Shown in pieces: positions 9,535 through 16,635 of a stretch of 26,171 bases of DNA. The notes beneath the pieces were generated by a model. The model saw nothing but the letters and a program-made list of their open reading frames with translations. It searched no databases and was not told the DNA's origin. This DNA comes from a virus (taxonomy: Duplodnaviria > Caudoviricetes). Each line of letters opens with the position of its first letter. Within the stretch, counting starts at the first letter, position 1. The position numbers and the translations under genes were made by a program. The DNA lies in IMG/VR virus record IMGVR_UViG_3300010398_000038, positions 1 through 26,171 of that record. One strand, written 5' to 3'.

Positions 9535-9765
9535 TTAGATCCACTTAAAGCCGTGAGCCATCGTGGCGAGCATCCCGCCAAAGCCTGCGAGCATGATGGT
9601 CAGCACGATGTAGAATTGCCGGTCCTGGCGCGTAATAAGCAGCCGAAAGTCTTCGCGCAGATCCTTGCGCAGGCCGCCGATTTCGCTGCGAAGTTCTCGA
9701 ATATCCTCGCGGAAATCCTGACGCAGACCACGCAGTTCGCTCACCAGGTCGTTTGTGTCCGCCAT
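9535..9765 (-). CDS. Array ORF E: coiled coil plus C-terminal TM (76 aa, ends MAHGFKWI)
   Basis: Internal repeat LRGLRQDFREDIR/IGGLRKDLREDFR; hydrophobic tail; AGGAG SD within the linker. Confidence 0.8.
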   Translation of the reverse strand: MADTNDLVSELRGLRQDFREDIRELRSEIGGLRKDLREDFRLLITRQDRQFYIVLTIMLAGFGGMLATMAHGFKWI

Positions 9766-9777
9766 CGCTCAGCGCTC

Positions 9778-9882
9778 CTAACCCAATGCGCCGACTTTGG
9801 CGGCAACCCGCAGCAGCAGGAACAGCGCGAGCGTGCCTTCCGCGATAATCGCACCGAAACATATCATTCCGAATGTGTGCAT
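9778..9882 (-). CDS. Array ORF D: 34-aa single-TM peptide MHTFGMICFGAIIAEGTLALFLLLRVAAKVGALG
   Basis: Translated by hand (below the ORF-track cutoff); bounded by two exact linker copies. Confidence 0.65.
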   Translation of the reverse strand: MHTFGMICFGAIIAEGTLALFLLLRVAAKVGALG

Positions 9883-9885
9883 CGC

Positions 9886-10134
9886 TCAGCGCTCCTCGAG
9901 CAATGTGCGGATTGCCCGCAGGTCTTCGCGCATCTCGCGGGTGTCCTCGCGAACCTCGATGCGGAAGCGGTCGAACTGGCTGCGCAGCGCCCGCAATTCG
10001 ACAGCGATGTTGCTGATCGACGTGTCGTGCCGCTCGAGCATCGATATCATCACCGTGCGGTCATCGCGCATGTCAGCCAGCTCGCGCTGAATTTCACGCA
10101 ACAGCCGCTCCGTCGCGCTCACTGTGTCGCTCAT
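9886..10134 (-). CDS. Array ORF C: soluble coiled-coil protein (82 aa)
   Basis: Heptad pattern; ends LEER within the linker. Confidence 0.8.
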   Translation of the reverse strand: MSDTVSATERLLREIQRELADMRDDRTVMISMLERHDTSISNIAVELRALRSQFDRFRIEVREDTREMREDLRAIRTLLEER

Positions 10135-10137
10135 CGC

Positions 10138-10368
10138 TCAACCTCGGCTGGCGTTGATCGCCGCGGCAATCGCCGCCACCTGGGCGCCGACCTCGGCCCG
10201 CTGCGCGCGGAACTCCTCGGCCAGGTCATGGCGCAGTCCGGTGAACCCGCTGTCGATCTTTACCTCAAGTCGGCGGATTTCGCTGAACAGCAACACAAAG
10301 CCGCCGATGACAAACGCGGCGAAGATGCCAAAGCTGGCGGTGAAGACGGTTACAAGGTCGGCGCTCAT
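10138..10368 (-). CDS. Array ORF B: N-terminal TM plus coiled coil (76 aa)
   Basis: Hydrophobic 'VFTASFGIFAAFVIGGFVLLF' followed by heptads; GAGGAG SD within the linker. Confidence 0.8.
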   Translation of the reverse strand: MSADLVTVFTASFGIFAAFVIGGFVLLFSEIRRLEVKIDSGFTGLRHDLAEEFRAQRAEVGAQVAAIAAAINASRG

Positions 10369-10371
10369 CGC

Positions 10372-10614
10372 TCAGCGCTCCTCCTCGACCAGATCGAGAC
10401 GGCGCTCGATGCGCCCAAGGCGCAATTCGATGCGGTCCATCCGCACCGAGAGCATCGCAAAATCATCGTGCAGATTGGCGACTTCGCGCTCAAGGCGCCC
10501 GGTGCGCTGCTTCAAATCAGCAATATCGGTTCTGATCTCGGCAAGCTGCGTGTCGACGCGGTTAAACCGCTCTCGCAGGTAATCGAGGACATTGATAGGA
10601 TTTTCGGTAGCCAT
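10372..10614 (-). CDS. Array ORF A: soluble coiled-coil protein (80 aa)
   Basis: 'MDRIELRLGRIERRLDLVEEER' heptads; AAAGGGA upstream; first gene of the array. Confidence 0.8.
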   Translation of the reverse strand: MATENPINVLDYLRERFNRVDTQLAEIRTDIADLKQRTGRLEREVANLHDDFAMLSVRMDRIELRLGRIERRLDLVEEER

Positions 10615-10684
10615 AGCAGAGCTCGTCCCTTTGCTTGGTCAGGAGCGGGAGCGGTGTTTGCGCACCCTCCCGTCTCCGCATTTT
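10607..10684 (+). ncRNA. Candidate cis-antisense RNA, SymR/ptaRNA1-like, covering the start codon and leader of array ORF A
   Basis: Extended -10 TG-A-TAGGAT at 10593-10601; begins GTAGCCAT (anti-start codon); GGTCAG, then hairpin 10642-10677 with a GGTGTTTGCGCACC apex, then TTTT. Confidence 0.55.
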
Positions 10685-10708
10685 AGCGGAGTCGCCGATG
10701 CCTGACGA
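10680..10708 (-). promoter_or_regulatory. Candidate sigma70 promoter for the small-ORF array
   Basis: Minus strand TCGTCA (10708-10703), 17 bp, TAAAAT (10685-10680); the -10 is flanked by inverted repeat CTCCGC/GCGGAG. Confidence 0.5.
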
Positions 10709-10880
10709 GATAATAACGATACCCCTTCCGGCGAGCGATTGGCCGACGATCCAGGCCGGGCTGCTCGAGCTGCCGGGAAAATTCGGCATCCCCGTCATCA
10801 ACCGGCTGAACCAGGCGCTCGCCGAGGCGCAGAAACCAGCGGAAGACACCGTAATGCCGATCCGCGGGAGCAAAGGCTGA
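10698..10880 (+). CDS. Small hypothetical late protein (60 aa, MPDEIITIPL...)
   Basis: GGAG SD 6 nt upstream; 'LLELPGKFGIPVINRL' resembles small tail-associated phage proteins. Confidence 0.65.
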   Translation: MPDEIITIPLPASDWPTIQAGLLELPGKFGIPVINRLNQALAEAQKPAEDTVMPIRGSKG

Positions 10881-10882
10881 TG

Positions 10883-11752
10883 CTAATCGGGGCGCAGAAA
10901 CACGCCTCTCATTTTGTCGACATACGCGAGCCACGCAGCGTGCGCTTCTTCCGGCGTGTCATAGGTGCCGATGTAAACAAGCTTTCGTTTCCCAAGAGAA
11001 GCGCGCGCCATGAAACGACCTGGACTGCGCTGACTTGGGACAACGCCGCGTGGCAGCTTACCCGTATGGCGACGATTCCACTGGTTCTGTTGGTTGGTTG
11101 TCTCTCGCAGGTTTTCCCAACGGTTATCTGCGGGATTGCCGTTTTTGTGATCGATAGCTTCCGTTGGCCATTTGCCGGTCTGCATGACCCAAATCAGACG
11201 ATGTGCGGTAAATTGGCCGCTATTTACGAGAAGGCGAATATGGCCATCGCGGTTAGGCAGTCCCGCCGCTCTGCCGGCCCATCGCGTGTTCCAGACGCGT
11301 TGCGCTTTCTCGTTCTTAAAATGGTGCAATGGCCGGAATTTCCAAATCAGTATTCCAACGGTTGGCTCATATGCGAAGCATTCATGCAAATACGCAGCGC
11401 TAGGCCGCGGCAATTTATTTCTCGGATTTGGATTGTCTTGAGGACGTTGCAGGTTGTCCCATCGGTTATCCGATATGTCTCCGTTCTTGTGTTCAACGAC
11501 CTTTGCCCGCGTGCCGGTTTGCATAATCCAAATCAAACTATGCCCAGTGAAGATGTGTCCATTTACGTGCACCCGGCTTTTACCATCGCGTTGAAGCAGA
11601 CCGACGGTTTTGCCGGCCCATCGCTTATTCCAACAGCGCTGGGTTGCCGTATCCTTAAAATGATCCAGCGGACGCGCTTTCCATTTGAGAACGCCAGTCT
11701 CGTGATCATACGAAAAACACTCACACAAGTAAGCTTGTGAAGGGGGCAACAT
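10883..11752 (-). CDS. HNH homing endonuclease with two tandem HNH modules and a C-terminal AP2-like domain
   Basis: 'EHKNGDISDNRWDNL' and 'DHKNGNPADNRWENL'; 'YIGTYDTPEEAHAAW' AP2 motif; lower GC than the flanks. Confidence 0.88.
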   Translation of the reverse strand: MLPPSQAYLCECFSYDHETGVLKWKARPLDHFKDTATQRCWNKRWAGKTVGLLQRDGKSRVHVNGHIFTGHSLIWIMQTGTRAKVVEHKNGDISDNRWDNLQRPQDNPNPRNKLPRPSAAYLHECFAYEPTVGILIWKFRPLHHFKNEKAQRVWNTRWAGRAAGLPNRDGHIRLLVNSGQFTAHRLIWVMQTGKWPTEAIDHKNGNPADNRWENLRETTNQQNQWNRRHTGKLPRGVVPSQRSPGRFMARASLGKRKLVYIGTYDTPEEAHAAWLAYVDKMRGVFLRPD

Positions 11753-13832
11753 GGGCTCACCGATACCAACACAGACGCCGCAAGGCGCTGTTGTTGCTCT
11801 AGGAATTCCAAATTCTCAGGATTATCCCAGACTTGTTCTGACAAGTCCATACTTTGAAGGGGTGCCGCTCGCCGAATTGATCGAGCCGAGCGTCATCGAG
11901 GCGGTGAACAACGTGCTGCCATCGCTCGTCCCGCCCTATGTCGACCAGGCGGCGCAAGCCGCAGTACAGCAATTAGCCGTGCTGCTCACCGGCTCGACGA
12001 TGACGGGGCCGCTCTTCCTCAATCCCTTGATGCCTACGGCTGATGCTCAAGCTGCAACTAAAGCGTATGTTGATACGATGCTTGCAACCGCCGGTATCCC
12101 CGAGGTGCCCCCGGTTCCATCCGGCCAGGTCTGGGGCCGCGAGACCGGGCAGTGGGTGCCGATCAGCCAGACCGGCGGCACCTTCCTGCCGCTGACCGGC
12201 GGCACGATGCAGGGCAACATCGCGATGTCCGGCAACACCATCACCAACATGGCGGCGGTGCCGGCGATGCCCAACGGCGCTGCACCCGCGCAGTGGGTGC
12301 TGAACCAGATCGCCAGCGTCTCGCTCTATCAAGGCACCTGGAACGCCGACACCAACGTACCCGACCTGACGCAGCTCAGCACTCACGTCAACGGCTACAC
12401 ATGGTTCGCACTGACGACGAGCCCCTCGGGCGTCGTCATCGGCGCCGCGATCCCGGGCCTCCAGGGCACCACCGTCTTCAATGGCGATACGATTATCTAC
12501 AGCACGGTCGCCGGGGCCTTTCAGGCGATCCATGCCGGCGGTCTGACCCTGGCCGAAGCCGATGGGCGCTATGTCCAGCTCGCCGGGTCGCAAATGTCCG
12601 GTGCGCTGCTCTTGAACGCCAACGCCAGCCAACCGCTGCAGGCCGTCACACTTCAGCAGCTCGACGCTGCGGTCGCCAATACCGTCACCCCCGACGCCCC
12701 GGCTGACGGCCAGGCGTATCTGCGGGTCGGGGTCGGCGCTCCCGCTGCCCGCTGGGTGCCCGGTCTGCCGCTCGCCGGCGGCATCCTCACCGGGTCGCTG
12801 ACGCTCGCGGCAAATGCCGCAACCGCGCTGCAGGCGGTGCCGCTGCAGCAGATGAACAGCGCCATCACCGCAGCGACCGCAGGGTTCCTGCCGCTTGCCG
12901 GCGGCGCGATGACCGGACTCTTCACCCTCTCGGGCAATGCCACGGCAAACCTCAACCCGGTACCGCTGCAGCAGGTGACGGGAATGCTGGCGACCTATGC
13001 GCCCTTGGCAAATCCCGCCTTTAGCGGCGTGCCCACGGTGCCGCTTGCCGCTCCTGGCACCAATACCGGGCAAGCTGCTTCGACCGCCTTTGTGCAGGCC
13101 GCGACGGGGAACTATCTCCCGCTTTCGGGTGGGACGCTGACCGGGGCGCTTGTCCTGCCAAACGGCACCTCTGCCGCGCCCGCGCTCAATTTTGCCGGCA
13201 ATGGCGGGTTCTACGTCAGCTCCCCGAACCTCGTTGCTTTCACCCAATCGCTCAATGTCGCTGGGTCGGTCAGCGCCACCGCGGGGGTAAACGGAGGCCC
13301 GGGCACCATTGGCGGCGTTATTCTCAACACAAACGTCACCCTGCCGGCGAACGGCGCGCTGATTTTTCACACAAGTCAGATTTCCTCGATCATTTTCGAT
13401 ACGAACTATTCGCTGCAATATCGCAACACCGACGGCACCTGGCATTTCATCTCGCCGACCGGCAATGCGATGTCGCTCGACTTTGCCGGCAACATGACAG
13501 TCAACAGCCTGACCCAGACAAGCGATGAGCGGACAAAAGGCAACATCGCCGCTTATGCGCCGGGAGTAAGCATCATCGGCCAATTAATGCCCAAGACATT
13601 CACTTACAACAGCGACACCGCCTCGCCTCAGGTGATGCACCTGGGGTTCATGGCGCAGGACGTGCAGCCGGTGTTGCCCGAGGCCGTGTCGGGCAGTCTC
13701 GACACGATGCTCGGGCTGGACACGACACCTGTCATTGCGGCCCTGGTCAATGCTGTAAAGCAACTGATCAGCCGCATTCAGGCGCTTGAATCGAACGCCA
13801 ACATCACTCCCAGCGCGGCAGAAACAGCATGA
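11751..13832 (+). CDS. Tail fibre/spike with a C-terminal peptidase S74 intramolecular chaperone
   Basis: Repeated 'LPL.GG.(M/L)TG.L.L' shaft motifs, 'ATKAYVD', 'ASTAFV'; 'SDERTK...LGFMAQDVQPVLPEAV' plus a terminal coiled coil. Confidence 0.88.
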   Translation: MGSPIPTQTPQGAVVALGIPNSQDYPRLVLTSPYFEGVPLAELIEPSVIEAVNNVLPSLVPPYVDQAAQAAVQQLAVLLTGSTMTGPLFLNPLMPTADAQAATKAYVDTMLATAGIPEVPPVPSGQVWGRETGQWVPISQTGGTFLPLTGGTMQGNIAMSGNTITNMAAVPAMPNGAAPAQWVLNQIASVSLYQGTWNADTNVPDLTQLSTHVNGYTWFALTTSPSGVVIGAAIPGLQGTTVFNGDTIIYSTVAGAFQAIHAGGLTLAEADGRYVQLAGSQMSGALLLNANASQPLQAVTLQQLDAAVANTVTPDAPADGQAYLRVGVGAPAARWVPGLPLAGGILTGSLTLAANAATALQAVPLQQMNSAITAATAGFLPLAGGAMTGLFTLSGNATANLNPVPLQQVTGMLATYAPLANPAFSGVPTVPLAAPGTNTGQAASTAFVQAATGNYLPLSGGTLTGALVLPNGTSAAPALNFAGNGGFYVSSPNLVAFTQSLNVAGSVSATAGVNGGPGTIGGVILNTNVTLPANGALIFHTSQISSIIFDTNYSLQYRNTDGTWHFISPTGNAMSLDFAGNMTVNSLTQTSDERTKGNIAAYAPGVSIIGQLMPKTFTYNSDTASPQVMHLGFMAQDVQPVLPEAVSGSLDTMLGLDTTPVIAALVNAVKQLISRIQALESNANITPSAAETA

Positions 13833-13999
13833 CCATGGACCCCGCGACCGATACTTTCGACCAGCCCTTCTATGACGGGTTGCAGCCGCCGCGCCGCCCG
13901 GTGCGCCATCCCGATCCGCGCGGTCCGCTGCACGATTTTTATGACCACCACGCCCCTGAGCCGAATGGGCCGGATGATGTCGAGCAGCGGATGCCATGA
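13829..13999 (+). CDS. Small hypothetical protein (56 aa, P/D/H-rich)
   Basis: Translated by hand; ATGA overlaps at both ends. Confidence 0.45.
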   Translation: MTMDPATDTFDQPFYDGLQPPRRPVRHPDPRGPLHDFYDHHAPEPNGPDDVEQRMP

Positions 14000-14112
14000 C
14001 CACCGCTGACCTCATCGAGCACATCCTGCGGTCGTTCGACGAAGTCCTCTTCCCGGCGCTCACCGCCTACGCCGTCTGGCTCCTGCGCCAGTGGGTGCAG
14101 CCAAAGAAATGA
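13996..14112 (+). CDS. 38-aa peptide with one hydrophobic segment (holin/antiholin candidate)
   Basis: MTTADLIEHILRSFDEVLFPALTAYAVWLLRQWVQPKK; ATGA overlaps at both ends. Confidence 0.5.
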   Translation: MTTADLIEHILRSFDEVLFPALTAYAVWLLRQWVQPKK

Positions 14113-14510
14113 GCGTAGAGCCTCCCGCCTTTCAGAGAGGCCTGGAGGCGCTCGAGGGGCATCGCGAGTTCACCGACATCCCGCCGCCGGTCAACCCGCT
14201 GCAGGCGCAGACCGCATTCGAGCGCCGGGCAGCGCGCGAAGACATCGTCGCGCATGCCATCGCGCTCATCCAGACAAGCGGGTTCTTCTTATTGGCCTTC
14301 GCTGCGCTCTTGGGATACGTCAACCTCGGGAACGCCGCGACCGCGACCTTTCTCGGCACCGTCATGGGCTACGCAGTCGGCAAGGTCGACCCGATCCTGA
14401 CACGCTATTTTCACGCCAGGGTGAACACCATGGGAGCAAAGCTGGCCGAAACCGCACCGCCAGCCGCAGCGCAAACACCGTCTGCAACTACGGGGCAAAC
14501 AAGCGTATAA
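14109..14510 (+). CDS. Two-TM membrane protein, holin candidate (133 aa)
   Basis: Two hydrophobic stretches; upstream of the endolysin. Confidence 0.6.
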   Translation: MSVEPPAFQRGLEALEGHREFTDIPPPVNPLQAQTAFERRAAREDIVAHAIALIQTSGFFLLAFAALLGYVNLGNAATATFLGTVMGYAVGKVDPILTRYFHARVNTMGAKLAETAPPAAAQTPSATTGQTSV

Positions 14511-14543
14511 TTTGCCGCATCCTCCTTTGAGGGAGACACAGCC

Positions 14544-14798
14544 ATGAGCGACCCAGCGACGACCGATCCCGCGACCCCCGCTTCCCCCGGTGACGCGGCT
14601 CCCGCCGCCACCGATCTGCCGGCCGCTGCACCGGCCCCGGCAGATCCTGCTGCCGCTCCCGCGGCAGACCCTGCACCCGATACGCCACCGGCCGACCCGC
14701 CGCCGAGCACCGAGGACCGGCTCGCTGCCCTGGAGGAGATGGTGTACGAGACGCTGCTGCCGCGGCTCGTTGCGGTCATCGGCGAAATCGAGACATGA
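14544..14798 (+). CDS. Pro/Ala/Asp-rich low-complexity protein with a C-terminal helix (84 aa)
   Basis: GAGGGAG SD; PA(A/D) repeats. Confidence 0.65.
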   Translation: MSDPATTDPATPASPGDAAPAATDLPAAAPAPADPAAAPAADPAPDTPPADPPPSTEDRLAALEEMVYETLLPRLVAVIGEIET

Positions 14799-14811
14799 GC
14801 GCCTAGCCGCG

Positions 14812-15624
14812 CTATTTAATGCGTTTGGTGGTGAAGAGTTGCGGAATGAACCATCGCTCTTCCGGCCAACCGAGCCGGATGCGGGCATGAACTACGCTAT
14901 ACGCGACCCCGCTTCTTTCCGCTGCTTCTGCCAACGCCATGCGGGTACCTTGATACGTGACAAACCGACTATCGCTCTTGTTTCTCGCTTGCTCGGTCAT
15001 GGTTGCCCATCGGCAATTTTCCGGGCCGTAGCCCTTGTCGTTATCGATGCGCTCAAGTGCCGAGTGTGGCGGTCTCCTGCCCATATCGGCAAGGAAGTTT
15101 TCAAACGCGAGCCATTGCTCGCAGACCTTGATGCCGCGGCCACCATAGCGCGCAAAGCTATTGTTATTTGGATTGCCACAGCGTGCCAGCATTGCGCGCC
15201 ACACATCGTATTCGACCATGTGCTTACCGCCGCGCGTCGCGCCGTGCGTCGTTTTGATTTTGGCCGTAACCTCAGCTCGCCTGCATCCGCAACTTTGCGT
15301 ATGGCCGGCAGACAATGTCCAGCTCACCACATTGCGTTCCGTGCCACATTCGCACTTGCACCTCCAAAATGTACCACCCTTGCCGAGGTGCGATTTCTCA
15401 ATAACGCGCCAACGACCAAAAATTTGACCCGTAAGATCTTCGCTTTTCAGGCACCCGCAGCTTCGTACGCGACCTTGACGCAACCTGTCGCCGCGTGTGG
15501 TGCATTGATTGCCGCATTGGCATTGGCAAAGCCAAAACGAACGCTCGCTTCCTGGCTTGTAGACCCGATCAAGTACGGTCAAGCGTCCGAACGTTTGACC
15601 GGAAATATCTATGGAGCGATCCAT
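14812..15624 (-). CDS. HNH-type homing endonuclease with duplicated CxCxCG...SCGC N-terminal repeats
   Basis: 'YGGRGIKVC..W..FENFLADMG', 'ERIDNDKGYGPENCRWAT..EQARN'; start chosen at MDRSIDISGQ (alternative 15648). Confidence 0.85.
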   Translation of the reverse strand: MDRSIDISGQTFGRLTVLDRVYKPGSERSFWLCQCQCGNQCTTRGDRLRQGRVRSCGCLKSEDLTGQIFGRWRVIEKSHLGKGGTFWRCKCECGTERNVVSWTLSAGHTQSCGCRRAEVTAKIKTTHGATRGGKHMVEYDVWRAMLARCGNPNNNSFARYGGRGIKVCEQWLAFENFLADMGRRPPHSALERIDNDKGYGPENCRWATMTEQARNKSDSRFVTYQGTRMALAEAAERSGVAYSVVHARIRLGWPEERWFIPQLFTTKRIK

Positions 15625-16162
15625 GCCCGACACTGTGTTTGACACCATAATGTCGATTGTTATAGGTCATGAGGGCGGCTATGTCGATAACGCGTCCGAC
15701 CCCGGGGGAAGGACAAAATACGGTATTTCGCAAAGGTCCTATCCTGACGTGGATATCGCCCAACTGAGCCTTGAGGGGGCGAAGGCGATCTACAAGCGGG
15801 ATTATTTTGATCGCCTCTCGCTCGATGTAGCAGACCCCGGGCTCGCCCTCGTGGCGTTCGATGCCGCCGTCAATAATGGTGTAGGTCAAGCTGCGCGCTG
15901 GCTGCAGGCGGCGCTTGGGGTTGCTGTGGATGGCGTTATCGGCAATCAGACAAAGGCGGCTCTTGCGGCTTGCACTGGCGATAAGGCGCAAGAAGTGCTC
16001 ACCGCGATGCATGCCGCGCGCATCTACATGATGGCAAATTTGAGCACCTGGCAGACTTTCGGTCGGGGATGGTCGAAGCGTCTCGCGCAGATCCCGTACC
16101 AAGCTGCAGGCCTGACCAACAACGACACGCCGACGGCGACCGACCAGCCGCCAGCGGGATAA
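15623..16162 (+). CDS. Endolysin, glycoside hydrolase family 108, with a peptidoglycan-binding region
   Basis: 'HEGGYVD...DPGGRTKYGIS', 'FDAAVNNG', 'VDGVIGNQT', 'FGRGW..R'; GGAG SD. Confidence 0.92.
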   Translation: MPDTVFDTIMSIVIGHEGGYVDNASDPGGRTKYGISQRSYPDVDIAQLSLEGAKAIYKRDYFDRLSLDVADPGLALVAFDAAVNNGVGQAARWLQAALGVAVDGVIGNQTKAALAACTGDKAQEVLTAMHAARIYMMANLSTWQTFGRGWSKRLAQIPYQAAGLTNNDTPTATDQPPAG

Positions 16163-16174
16163 GGAGGGCGAGAG

Positions 16175-16414
16175 ATGGCACGACTGACCACGGAACGCCG
16201 CAAGGAGCTTCCGAAAAAGGATTTTGCCGTACCATCGCGTGGTGAAGGAAAGGCGCGCCGGGGCGGATATCCGATCCCCGATAAGAGCCATGCGCGCTCA
16301 GCACTTCAGAGAGCAAGCCAATTTGGTTCGCCAAAGGTCAAGGCTGAAGTGCGATCAGCTGTCGAGAGGAAGTTTCCGGGGATCAAGCAGTCAAAGGGCA
16401 AGGAGAAGCGCTGA
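16175..16414 (+). CDS. Small basic phage protein (79 aa)
   Basis: AAGGAGG SD; 'RKELPKKDFA.P...YPIPDKSHARSAL.R' is a recurrent phage motif (possibly DUF6582-like, from memory). Confidence 0.75.
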   Translation: MARLTTERRKELPKKDFAVPSRGEGKARRGGYPIPDKSHARSALQRASQFGSPKVKAEVRSAVERKFPGIKQSKGKEKR

Positions 16415-16635
16415 TGGCGATCGGAACCCGTTACCGCGACATGCGCGACACCACCGACCAGCTCGACGCCAAGCTGCGGCGCGGCGTCGAAATGGTTCAG
16501 GAGCAGTATGACGATAGATTCCCCTGCCGCGGCCAGGCCAATGTGCGCCGGACGAACGAGTATCTGCCGCTCGACATGGTCTCCCGGCAAAACCGCCTCA
16601 CGCCCTATCGGAAATACCCGAGCGAGAAGGGTTGA
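16414..16635 (+). CDS. Hypothetical protein (73 aa)
   Basis: TGATG overlap, AAGGAG SD. Confidence 0.65.
   Translation: MAIGTRYRDMRDTTDQLDAKLRRGVEMVQEQYDDRFPCRGQANVRRTNEYLPLDMVSRQNRLTPYRKYPSEKG

Larger units (their letters stand above)
9529..10382. repeat. Dispersed inter-ORF linker repeat CATCGCTCAGCGCTCCT (minus strand AGGAGCGC-TGA-GCG-ATG)
   Basis: Exact 17-nt copies at 9763-9779, 9880-9896 and 10366-10382; partial copies CATCGCTCA at 10132-10140 and CATCGCTTA at 9529-9537. Confidence 0.92.

Noticed and set aside
9529-10382. Linker repeats as a CRISPR array or integron attC sites
   Set aside because: Repeats are only 9-17 nt, spacers are 100-250 nt of coding sequence, there are no cas genes, and there is no attC-like RYYYAAC/GTTRRRY hairpin or integron integrase.
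9286-10614. Array as one pseudogene or a stop-codon-recoded polyprotein
   Set aside because: The single frame follows automatically from 3-nt and 12-nt gaps. Each junction has its own ATG (four of five with a clear SD), all three stop types are used, and other genes use the standard code.
9295-10686. 463-aa + strand ORF spanning the whole array, with repeated 'HRSAL'
   Set aside because: It is the codon-aligned antisense shadow of six in-frame minus ORFs. Stops would need TTA/CTA/TCA codons, which are rare at high GC, and HRSAL is just the linker read backwards. Dual coding is not formally excluded.
11751-13832. Diversity-generating retroelement or invertible tail-fibre system
   Set aside because: No reverse transcriptase, no TR/VR pair and no invertase seen; the repeats are protein-level shaft motifs.
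10739-15642. + strand ORFs 10739..11740 and 14590..15642 opposite the HNH genes
   Set aside because: The minus-strand frames carry clear HNH/AP2 motifs and the + frames have none. They are likely shadows, although open frames might incidentally reduce polarity in the late transcript.
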